The notes under the pieces: generated by a model
Told to the model about the DNA's origin: nothing
The model's input: only the letters and a program-made list of their open reading frames with translations
Databases searched by the model: none
Position numbers and translations under genes: made by a program
In this document: in pieces, positions 9,211 through 17,011 of the stretch
Layout of the letters: every line of letters starts with the position of its first letter
How positions within the stretch are numbered: position 1 is the first letter of the stretch
From: a virus
Lineage: Duplodnaviria > Heunggongvirae > Uroviricota > Caudoviricetes
DNA: 17,746 nt
IMG/VR virus record: IMGVR_UViG_3300009941_000125
Location: 95,540 to 113,285 of that record
Reading direction: 5' to 3' (one strand)

Positions 9211-9751
9211 CTAAATAACTCCACACTGATTGTATTTCATTATTTTTTGCATAAATTTTAAGCAAGTCTTTTATAGATTGTTCAAAAACAATTTGAAAAT
9301 GAGGTCTATCTGGAAAATTACTCCAACGACCTCCCCATTCAAACCCATGTTTTTCTCCTAATTCTCCCAATTGATTCCACTTATCACTACTCCAAGTCCA
9401 TCCGTGTTCTTCCTTAAAAACTACATCAATAGCTAAACCATAATTATGAAAAGAAAGTCCTGGTTTAGCATTAGTAACTATTTTTCCAGAAGTTGTTCTC
9501 CCTTTTGCATATAAATCAGCTTGTTCTTCCATAGTTCTTAACCCACAAAATATATAAGCATTTAATAAATTTGCTTCATTTAAAAAAGCATATACTTGGT
9601 CTTTAATTCCAGGATAGAGTTTTTCAACCTTTGAATCTTCTACCCTTTTAGGAATTTCTACTTTTAAAATAACTTCTTGTGCTATATATCTTTTTTTATT
9701 TATAAATATAGCAAGTAACTTTTCAAGTACTTCCTTAATAAAATTAAGCAT
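9176..9751 (-). CDS. Endolysin, peptidase M15 family (L-Ala-D-Glu endopeptidase, Ply500/CwlK-like), ~191 aa
   Basis: Motifs GLRTMEEQADLYAKGRT, IVTNAKPGLSFHNYGLAID and FEWGGRWSNFPDRPHFQ supply the His, Asp and His zinc ligands typical of M15C. ATG at 9751 overlaps the upstream TAA (TAATG) and is preferred to the track's TTG at 9793. Confidence 0.93.
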   Translation of the reverse strand: MLNFIKEVLEKLLAIFINKKRYIAQEVILKVEIPKRVEDSKVEKLYPGIKDQVYAFLNEANLLNAYIFCGLRTMEEQADLYAKGRTTSGKIVTNAKPGLSFHNYGLAIDVVFKEEHGWTWSSDKWNQLGELGEKHGFEWGGRWSNFPDRPHFQIVFEQSIKDLLKIYAKNNEIQSVWSYLDDIRESTKQNI

Positions 9752-10056
9752 TATTTTCGTCCAGTTTTTTCTTTTATTTTTCTTGTCAGCCAATTATCAT
9801 AAGATCCATCTAAAAATACTCCACCTAAAATACTTAATAATATTGTAGAAATATATATGGAAAATGCTGTATAAAATTGACTACTTTTAGCCAAAAAAGG
9901 CAATATTGATAATACAATAATAATTATGAAGGTTGCAGAAAGTTTTTGAACAGTATGATTAGGATATTTTTTTAACACCCAATTATTTAATATTCCTCCA
10001 GCAAATATACAAAATAATACCAATGAAATCCAGTCTCCTAATGAAAGTTGTAACAT
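9751..10056 (-). CDS. Putative holin, 101 aa, about three TM segments
   Basis: Three hydrophobic stretches (WISLVLFCIFAGGIL; LSATFIIIIVLSILPFLA; AFSIYISTILLSILGGVFL) and a basic C-tail RKIKEKTGRK. SD GGAGGTG. Lies immediately upstream of the endolysin. Confidence 0.7.
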   Translation of the reverse strand: MLQLSLGDWISLVLFCIFAGGILNNWVLKKYPNHTVQKLSATFIIIIVLSILPFLAKSSQFYTAFSIYISTILLSILGGVFLDGSYDNWLTRKIKEKTGRK

Positions 10057-10212
10057 TTAATTGTCACCTCCGAGTTTTGCTTTAACATAAGTGATTAATT
10101 CAGTTATCTTATTGCTCAACTTAGTCACAACTGCCTCTAATCTTATAAGAATATATAATGTGATAACTATAGGGAATCCTACATCCCTTATTAACTGTAC
10201 CCAATCTACCAT
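10057..10212 (-). CDS. 51-aa YvrJ-like small membrane protein, possible holin/antiholin (absent from the ORF track)
   Basis: Hand translation MVDWVQLIRDVGFPIVITLYILIRLEAVVTKLSNKITELITYVKAKLGGDN*. The GFPI...YIL.RLE motif followed by a coiled coil resembles the YvrJ family. SD AAGGAG. Its TAA directly abuts the holin ATG. Confidence 0.8.
   Translation of the reverse strand: MVDWVQLIRDVGFPIVITLYILIRLEAVVTKLSNKITELITYVKAKLGGDN
10065..10071 (-). promoter_or_regulatory. Shine-Dalgarno GGAGGTG for the holin-like gene, inside the YvrJ-like ORF
   Basis: 8 nt upstream of the ATG at 10056. Confidence 0.8.
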
Positions 10213-10245
10213 TGCTTGTCTCCTTTTTTTATAATGTATATAAAT

Positions 10246-11532
10246 TTATATTTCTTGTATTTCTAACCAAACATCAATTGTTCTACCGGCACCAGGCGAC
10301 CAAGCACTTGCGCTAATCCTTGTTCCAGCATTAAAGATAAAATCTGTTGCATCACCAGAACCAGTAGCTTTATTCTTTTTAGACGCAAAAATTGTGTCAG
10401 CAAAGAATGTTGAACCGCTATCGGCAGAAAATCTTACTAAAGTATTTTCATCAGCGCTTGGTTGTAATGTATAAGATATAACCTTAAAAGGTTTAGTCGC
10501 GGTAACTGCAGCTCTAATTTCTGTATCTAACCCCCAAGCCCCATTTCCAGCGTTTATCGATACGCCAGTTAAGTCTGCTGGATATGTTACAATGGGAAAC
10601 TCTCCTTTAATGCCAGAAAATATATGATCGCCAATTTCATCATCAACATTTAATGTATTCTGATAGAATAAAACATTTTCAAAACTTAATGCGGTCCCTG
10701 CGTCAAGATTTGCAGCTATTGCACAACTACAAAATTCAGAATCCTTAAATCTATTAAGATTTGAGTTTGCTCCAACCTGTTGTAATCCACTAGTGCAAAA
10801 TCCGATTCTAGTATCAACAATATCTGCACATTCTGCATTATCTAATAATATCCCAGTCATATTAGTTGATGTAGCTTCGCCTTTAATATCACAATTTCTA
10901 ATTTTTCCATGTTTAATATAAGTTGCTCCATCAGCATGAATAGCAGTTGCCGGACTTGTCAAATCTTCGCCAATGAACATACAATCATCAACTCTAAAAC
11001 CGCCATTTGTAAATATAATACCATTAGTGGCTGTTCCTAAATTAAAATTTAAATCTTGTACTCCAGTTTTACCCGTAAACTTCATAATCGAACTAGCGGC
11101 GCCATTAGTATTTTTAATTTTTGCCCAATTTCTATGACTGCCTTTTAAAATATAATTTCCAGCCCAAGTTGGATCACCAACTGTATTAATATCATATTGT
11201 GTTGTATGAGGAGAAATTAATATTAAAGTTAAATCATCTAAATCGGTAGAAGCTACATCTAAAGCTCCTTGAATAGTTGTATATGCTTTTGCCCAAGAAC
11301 TTCCATCTGAATCGTCTCCCTCAGGGCTAACATACAAAGTTGCTGTTATAGCTCTTCCTTCTGTAGGCATTCCTAATAAAGTATCGTCAAAAGTCGGAGG
11401 AGCAACAGCTTTTACTAAAGAAACTATTGAAGTTCCTGTAGCAGTATCGGTTTTATTTCCAATTACTTCACCAAGCGTAGTATTGGCTACATTATCTTGT
11501 GAAGGTACATTATCTTTTGGTATATAGGTCAT
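10246..11532 (-). CDS. 428-aa tailspike/depolymerase-like protein with a right-handed parallel beta-helix (pectin-lyase-like)
   Basis: LYVSPEGDDSDGSSWAKAYTTIQGALD is the typical beta-helix N-cap motif. It is followed by Asn/Cys-ladder rungs (VDDCMF, IRNCDI, IVDTRI, FKDSEF, FENVLF) and a beta-rich C-terminal domain. SD TAAGGAG. Confidence 0.75.
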   Translation of the reverse strand: MTYIPKDNVPSQDNVANTTLGEVIGNKTDTATGTSIVSLVKAVAPPTFDDTLLGMPTEGRAITATLYVSPEGDDSDGSSWAKAYTTIQGALDVASTDLDDLTLILISPHTTQYDINTVGDPTWAGNYILKGSHRNWAKIKNTNGAASSIMKFTGKTGVQDLNFNLGTATNGIIFTNGGFRVDDCMFIGEDLTSPATAIHADGATYIKHGKIRNCDIKGEATSTNMTGILLDNAECADIVDTRIGFCTSGLQQVGANSNLNRFKDSEFCSCAIAANLDAGTALSFENVLFYQNTLNVDDEIGDHIFSGIKGEFPIVTYPADLTGVSINAGNGAWGLDTEIRAAVTATKPFKVISYTLQPSADENTLVRFSADSGSTFFADTIFASKKNKATGSGDATDFIFNAGTRISASAWSPGAGRTIDVWLEIQEI

Positions 11533-11539
11533 TTAATTT

Positions 11540-11546
11540 CTCCTTA
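11540..11546 (-). promoter_or_regulatory. Shine-Dalgarno TAAGGAG fused to the upstream TAA stop
   Basis: 7 nt upstream of the ATG at 11532. Confidence 0.8.
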
Positions 11547-14500
11547 AAATACAAACGCATTTGTTCCATTAATATATAAAGTTACAGATTGATAATTAGT
11601 ATTCATAACAAAATTAGCAGCTCCATCAATTGTCCCACCACTTTCAAGTGTAATAGTAATAGCGTTTGTTCCGCATGCTCCACTTTCATCTTTAACAACT
11701 ACTACTCTAGGATTAGTAGCTGTCCCTGTAGCAACATCTTCTGTACTTATTGTAACTGCTCTAGGAGCTGCTGTATCCGTCATTGCAATAATATAATCAT
11801 CAGTTAAAGCAGAAGGATTGTAATCTGCTGCTCCTACAACAACTCTTCCTCTAAAATTAGCTCCAACTACTTTTAGATCCCCATTTATATCAGCATTAGC
11901 ACTTACTGAAATTGATCCAACAAAATACCCTGCCCAATTAGTGGCCGCCCCAGTTGCTGTTGCATAAATACCATAATTAGTTGTATGTGCACCTGTTGCT
12001 GAAAACCATCCAGCATAATTTGTAGCAGAACTATTAGCTTCTGAATAAACGCCATAGTTTAAAGTAGCAGCCCCTTGTGCTTGGAAAAATCCAGCATATT
12101 GAGTTCCAAGTGTACAATTAGCTTCAGCCTTAATAGCTTTTCCGCCACCATGAACGCCTGAAACTGAAGTTAATATACCATAAGTTAAAGGAGTTGTTGC
12201 AGCGGTTTCTGCGTCCGCTTTTAATCCACAATTAATTCCAAGAACTGCTCCAGAAGCACTAAAGGATCCACCGTAATTTTCTGTTCCTCCAGCTCCAGTA
12301 GCATTACCCGTAACACCATAATTAACGCCAGAAGTATTTTCAACTACACTGTAAAGTCCATATCCTCCGTCATTTGAACCAGTGCATTTAAAATATCCAG
12401 CGTATGGCACTCCACCACCAGTTCCATCAGCCACTTCACAATATACGCCAAATGTATTAGTTACTGTATTGCCAGAAACATTAATATAAGTTCCATAATT
12501 AGTAGTTGCATTAATTCCATTTGTAAAATATCCTGCATATGAAGTGGCAGGGGTTCCCGCTCCTGTAACACTGGCTAATATTCCATAAGGTACTCTTGTA
12601 CTAGCTGTTGTTGCAAGATTATAAGAACCAAATATTTCATTTGTTCCAGAAGAAGCAGCAGTTGCTTCTGCTTTATTATAAGCACCATAAGCTTGAATTG
12701 TTGCTATTGTTTTTGCATAATTATAAGATCCATAATGTAAATTATCTGCATTTTGTTCCGAAGAAAAATATCCACCATAATTATTTTGACCTGTTCCCCC
12801 ACTTCCAGCAGCATTTCCCCCAACACCAATACAGTTTGTGCTATCTGCATTAACTGAAGTTGAATAAATACCATAAGCTGTAGTTGTTGGACCTGTTGTA
12901 GGATTATTTTCAAAATATCCTGTATATGTAGTTGTATCCCCTGAATTATCTCCAGTTGTAATTAAAAATGATCCTGGTAAAGATCCAGTTCCAGATGCTC
13001 TTGCAACAATACCATAATTATTAGTTGATGCCCCAGAAGCTTCAAAAAATGCTCCATAATTATCTGTAGCAGTTGCATTATCAGTATATCCATAAACACC
13101 GTAATTAGTATCGTCGCCATCAGCTTGAAAATACCCACCATAATGAACTGTTCCAGTTCCTTGTCCAATGCCCCAAACGCCAGCTGCTATTCCCGTTGTA
13201 GTTGTTGCTTCTCCGTAGGTGCCAACTGAATCTAAATTAATATAAATTCCAGTTGAACCTGTATCAGAAACATTATAAGCTCCGTAATTAGTTACGGCTC
13301 CATTAGCATATGTTCTTATACCATAATTTGTAGTAGCATGCCCTGTTGCTTCGGAGTGAATACCATAAGAATTTGTACCCGTTCCTGTAGATAAGGCATA
13401 AGCACCTCTTACGTCTACTGCAGTTCCATATCCAATAGCATGAATTCCTTCAGCTAAAGTTACAGTTGATGTAGCTTGAAAATATCCACCATAATCATTA
13501 ACAGAACCAATAGCTCTACCATAAACTCCAAAATTATCAGTTCCGGCTCCAGTTGATTCTCCATAAATACCATAATTATCAGAACCAGTTCCAGAAGTCC
13601 AACCCCATATTGCTTTATTTTCTACTGTTGCTCCTGATTGAAGAACATAAATACCCGTTGAGTCTCCTGTAACAACGCCCGATTTAACTACCCCTAAAGT
13701 AGAACTTGTGTTTACCGTAGATGTTGAATTAAAGTATGCTCCATAATTTCCAGAAGCTATTGTGCCATATAATAAACCATCAAAATACCCTGCATAATTA
13801 TTTGTTGCACCTGTTGCAGTAGAGTAAATACCATAATTGTTTGTAGGGGCTCCACCGGCAGAAGCATTAAAATACCCAGCATAGTTTGTTGTTCCTGCGT
13901 TTTTGGCCTCTACATTAATACCATAATTGGTAGGCGAAACGCCTGTTACTTGAAAAGCCATTCCATAATTAACAGTTGTAGAAGTGGCACTATTAAGTCC
14001 ATTTATTCCCCAAGCACTTCCAGCAGTTCCAGTTGCTAATAAATATCCACCAACAACGCTTGCAGTCCCTGCCGTTCCAGTAGCTGTTCCATAAATAGAA
14101 ATCTGTTCGAGTGATCCAGTTGCACTAGCCTGAACAGTATGGTTAGCAATACTATCGCCTGTTGTTACAGCATGAATTGCATAAGCACTTCCTACTGTTA
14201 ATCCGTCTTTGCTTACGTATAAAGCACTATCAGTATCTGTAGTAGAGGTTCTTGTTATATAAGTTAAACCTTCAAAATACCCTGCGTAGTTGCCTGTAGC
14301 CCCTGAAGCTGTTGAATAAATACCATAGTTAGTAGTTCCTACTCCAGAAGAATTAAAATATCCACCATAATTAGAAGTTCCAATAGCAGAAGATAAACCA
14401 ACAACGCCTACATTATTAGTGCCTGTAGCAGCGGCTAAAACAGAACCATTTAATCCCTCATTCCATGTTGTTGATCCAGAAGCTTCACCGTTAAGTCCAA

Positions 14501-15551
14501 TATTAGCAGCAGCACCAACACCTGTATGATTTCCTTTTATACCAACTCCACCGTTTTCTTGTTTTTCCCCATAAATTGCAGCAGTTGTTGTACCAATAGA
14601 TGTATCGATTACATTTAAAAATCCAGCAGGGACAATCATTGTAGAACCTATAAAAGTTCTTCCAATAATCCTCATATAACCACTATCAAAATACCCTGAA
14701 TAATTATCTCCTGCTCCAGAAGCAGAACCATAAATGCCGTAATTAGTAGTTGCAGCAGCATCAGCTAATCCATATACACCATAAGCAGAAGTTCCAGTAG
14801 CATTCGAATAACCTCTTACACCAACAGAACTTGTAGAAGATCCGCTAGCTTGACCACTAACACCTTGAGCTGCAGTTCCTACACCCGTAGAGATACCAGA
14901 AACAGATACATTTCCTATAGTAGCGCCCGTTGCCGTAGCGTAAATACCGTAAACTGAACCAGTAACAGCTCCGCTTTTTGCTATATTTAAAACTGAACTT
15001 CCAGCAGTCGTAGAACTTGAAGTTGTTAATATAGCATTTGTACCTGAAGCTACAGCGACATTTAGTAAAGAAGGAATATAAGTTTGTCCAGAAAACTCAA
15101 TTTGAGTTGTTCCTTTATTGTATCTTATGTACCTTCCTGGAATCCCGAATCTAAATTCTTGAGTTGTTGCAGAACTATCATCATTATCTACAGTCCAAGT
15201 ATCACTAGAAGTTCCTGAAGAAGAAGTCGCACTACCTGTAATTGTACCATCGACAACTAAATCACCATTTAGTGATAAATTTCCTAAACCATCAGTAGTT
15301 AATCCTAATCCACCAGCATATCCACCATTGAGTTGCATATCTGTTGCCGTTATTCTAGTTCCATCAGAACTCATAGCATTATCTAGTCTAGTAACTAGAT
15401 CTGCAGCAGTTCCCTGAGGATTTACGCCTAAGGTCGGTTCTATTGTTTCTACAGCGTCTTGTAAGTTATTGACATGTGCTGCCATAACTTTATCTACAAA
15501 ATCTATTTTATCCACATAGGAGTCAAATGCTCCTGGATATAAACTAACCAT
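11544..15551 (-). CDS. 1335-aa Gly/Thr/Tyr-rich repeat tail-fibre-like protein
   Basis: N-terminal YPGAFD...VMAAHVNNLQDAVETIEPTLGVNP anchor-like segment. About 1040 aa of NYG(I/V/G/A)Y..A.G repeats follow. C-terminal DYIIAM...VVVKDESG...ITI....TIDG....NYQSVTL domain. SD GGGAGGG. Confidence 0.85.
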   Translation of the reverse strand: MVSLYPGAFDSYVDKIDFVDKVMAAHVNNLQDAVETIEPTLGVNPQGTAADLVTRLDNAMSSDGTRITATDMQLNGGYAGGLGLTTDGLGNLSLNGDLVVDGTITGSATSSSGTSSDTWTVDNDDSSATTQEFRFGIPGRYIRYNKGTTQIEFSGQTYIPSLLNVAVASGTNAILTTSSSTTAGSSVLNIAKSGAVTGSVYGIYATATGATIGNVSVSGISTGVGTAAQGVSGQASGSSTSSVGVRGYSNATGTSAYGVYGLADAAATTNYGIYGSASGAGDNYSGYFDSGYMRIIGRTFIGSTMIVPAGFLNVIDTSIGTTTAAIYGEKQENGGVGIKGNHTGVGAAANIGLNGEASGSTTWNEGLNGSVLAAATGTNNVGVVGLSSAIGTSNYGGYFNSSGVGTTNYGIYSTASGATGNYAGYFEGLTYITRTSTTDTDSALYVSKDGLTVGSAYAIHAVTTGDSIANHTVQASATGSLEQISIYGTATGTAGTASVVGGYLLATGTAGSAWGINGLNSATSTTVNYGMAFQVTGVSPTNYGINVEAKNAGTTNYAGYFNASAGGAPTNNYGIYSTATGATNNYAGYFDGLLYGTIASGNYGAYFNSTSTVNTSSTLGVVKSGVVTGDSTGIYVLQSGATVENKAIWGWTSGTGSDNYGIYGESTGAGTDNFGVYGRAIGSVNDYGGYFQATSTVTLAEGIHAIGYGTAVDVRGAYALSTGTGTNSYGIHSEATGHATTNYGIRTYANGAVTNYGAYNVSDTGSTGIYINLDSVGTYGEATTTTGIAAGVWGIGQGTGTVHYGGYFQADGDDTNYGVYGYTDNATATDNYGAFFEASGASTNNYGIVARASGTGSLPGSFLITTGDNSGDTTTYTGYFENNPTTGPTTTAYGIYSTSVNADSTNCIGVGGNAAGSGGTGQNNYGGYFSSEQNADNLHYGSYNYAKTIATIQAYGAYNKAEATAASSGTNEIFGSYNLATTASTRVPYGILASVTGAGTPATSYAGYFTNGINATTNYGTYINVSGNTVTNTFGVYCEVADGTGGGVPYAGYFKCTGSNDGGYGLYSVVENTSGVNYGVTGNATGAGGTENYGGSFSASGAVLGINCGLKADAETAATTPLTYGILTSVSGVHGGGKAIKAEANCTLGTQYAGFFQAQGAATLNYGVYSEANSSATNYAGWFSATGAHTTNYGIYATATGAATNWAGYFVGSISVSANADINGDLKVVGANFRGRVVVGAADYNPSALTDDYIIAMTDTAAPRAVTISTEDVATGTATNPRVVVVKDESGACGTNAITITLESGGTIDGAANFVMNTNYQSVTLYINGTNAFVF
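11916..15054 (-). repeat. Degenerate ~12-14 aa YG-repeat array with four longer NYGIY.(T/S)A(S/T)GA..N(Y/W)(A/S)GYF caps
   Basis: Caps at about 14681-14744, 14268-14330, 13776-13838 and 11916-11978, with dozens of NYG/YGIY/YGVY/GGYF units between them. Confidence 0.85.
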
Positions 15552-15564
15552 TAATTTCCCTCCC

Positions 15565-15909
15565 CTAAGCTATTATTATTTTTACAGTTGCGTCTGTTCC
15601 AGAACTATTTGATAAATATAAAGAAGTTATACTATCCGTACCCAATAACCATGCGTCTACAACGCCATGCGCCGGGTTGGAATTGCTATTTAATTTAACT
15701 GTTATTGCTTGTGTTGTTTCTATATAAACAAGTGAAGCCGTTGTTATTGGAGAAAATAGAATTTCTTGATCAACTGCCCCATTCAATAAATTTATTTGTT
15801 TATCTAAAAATTGTGTAATTGTTATTGTTGCATTAGAAGTTTCAATAAATCTCTGTACAGTATCTTCATTTATTCTTATAGAAGCAATTTTTTGTAATGT
15901 AGTTGCCAT
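15565..15909 (-). CDS. 114-aa hypothetical virion protein, paralog of 8679..9044
   Basis: SD AAAGGAG. Starts MATT; C-terminal YIETTQAITVKLNS...SITSLYLSNSSGTDATV. Confidence 0.75.
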   Translation of the reverse strand: MATTLQKIASIRINEDTVQRFIETSNATITITQFLDKQINLLNGAVDQEILFSPITTASLVYIETTQAITVKLNSNSNPAHGVVDAWLLGTDSITSLYLSNSSGTDATVKIIIA

Positions 15910-15910
15910 T

Positions 15911-16834
15911 TTATACTCCTTTTATAATTAATTTATACGTTACTGCTGGTGTCCCAGTGGCCCCTTGAACAATACCTGGGGCTAACTCTAATAATTGAGG
16001 AATTTGATCAAATTGCCCTGGAATAGTTTCTACCATTAATTGAAAACTTCTTATTTCTGAATAAGGAATAACTATTAAATCTGTATTTCCAGCGCCATCA
16101 GTTGTTCCCGTTGCATAAAAATCTCCATTATGAAACCATCTTGTGCCGCTTGTATAAATTAAATTATCAACATCACTTGTTATTAATGGATCCCAAACAG
16201 CTCCAGGTAAATGTGGAGTTCCTGCATTATCAATCCAAGTTGTATATGGCGGAAAATGTGGAGGAAATTGATTAACAGTTGAAACTACATATACATGTGC
16301 TAAAGTTAAATACCCACTTGGAACAGCAGGTGGAGCAGGGGCAACAGCATCAGGAGTTCCTTCTAAAACTGTCATCTGATAACTATCAGTTTGAGAAACA
16401 ACTACATTTTGCTGGACTGCTTGTCCATAGGTGATTGAAGAAGGATCAACATCAACAAAACTTCTAACTTCTTCTGTGTTTGAATATGCATGTTTAATAA
16501 CAATAGCATCTATTCTATCTAATAATGTTTCTGCTGCAGAAGCACTAGTTCCATCCCATGTTAAAGTTACATCAGAAGGAACTAATATTTTTTTTCCATC
16601 AACATGATATGCTAAGCCTGCTGTTACAATAACTTCATTATGATCAGGTGCTCCAACCGCTGATGCTGATAATCCTCTACAAAATGATTGATAACCATAT
16701 TCAGCAGAAGTAGTATTATATCCGTATATAAGATTACTAATTATTTCTTGGCCATAATCTTCTGAATCAGTTACGCTTTGATTTACATCAGAAGAGGCTA
16801 ATTTTTCTCTTGTATAATAAACTTTTTTATCCAT
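15911..16834 (-). CDS. 307-aa minor tail/baseplate-associated protein
   Basis: The pattern V.VTAG.AY...G; DRIDAIV; EGTP...P.PP.VP.GYLTLA.V.V is one I recognise from N-terminal domains of phage minor tail/fibre proteins. GGAG lies 9 nt upstream. Confidence 0.65.
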   Translation of the reverse strand: MDKKVYYTREKLASSDVNQSVTDSEDYGQEIISNLIYGYNTTSAEYGYQSFCRGLSASAVGAPDHNEVIVTAGLAYHVDGKKILVPSDVTLTWDGTSASAAETLLDRIDAIVIKHAYSNTEEVRSFVDVDPSSITYGQAVQQNVVVSQTDSYQMTVLEGTPDAVAPAPPAVPSGYLTLAHVYVVSTVNQFPPHFPPYTTWIDNAGTPHLPGAVWDPLITSDVDNLIYTSGTRWFHNGDFYATGTTDGAGNTDLIVIPYSEIRSFQLMVETIPGQFDQIPQLLELAPGIVQGATGTPAVTYKLIIKGV

Positions 16835-16849
16835 TAACTAATACTCCAT

Positions 16850-17011
16850 TTATTTTGTAGAATTTACTCTCTCGGAATATTTAATAATTGTGTTCTGTAC
16901 AATTAACTTAATCTCTTCTTCTAAAGTTACAAACCCACCATTATATTTTTCTTTTGCTTTTATAAAGTCTTTTTCTAAAATTTTATCTAAACTTAAATTA
17001 ATTTTAACCAT
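16850..17011 (-). CDS. 53-aa small protein, possible ribbon-helix-helix fold (absent from the ORF track)
   Basis: Hand translation MVKINLSLDKILEKDFIKAKEKYNGGFVTLEEEIKLIVQNTIIKYSERVNSTK*. The ATG overlaps the upstream stop (TAATG), GGAG lies 7 nt upstream, and the ORF fills the gap. The fold call rests on hydrophobic pattern only. Confidence 0.65.
   Translation of the reverse strand: MVKINLSLDKILEKDFIKAKEKYNGGFVTLEEEIKLIVQNTIIKYSERVNSTK

Noticed and set aside
9058-10212. Spanin (Rz/Rz1) genes or a dual-start holin motif
   Set aside because: The ORF after the endolysin has no TM segment or lipobox, and the holin-like gene has no Met-Lys-Met-type start.
10238-10251. 14-bp palindrome ATATAAATTTATAT, with a TATAAAT resembling a T4 late promoter, ahead of the lysis genes
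   Set aside because: Pure A/T sequence in an AT-rich genome, imperfect match to TATAAATA, and no recurrence at other gene starts, so it cannot be distinguished from chance. It remains the best place to look for an internal promoter.
6878-16849. Stop-codon (TAG/TGA) reassignment, prompted by the in-frame ATG GAG TAT TAG TTA ATG at 16849-16832
   Set aside because: Long ORFs are intact under the standard code. TAG at 6878 and 15565 and TGA at 2002 are each followed by a new start in another frame. The mini-ORF MEY* is explained by the GGAG SD of the 307-aa gene.
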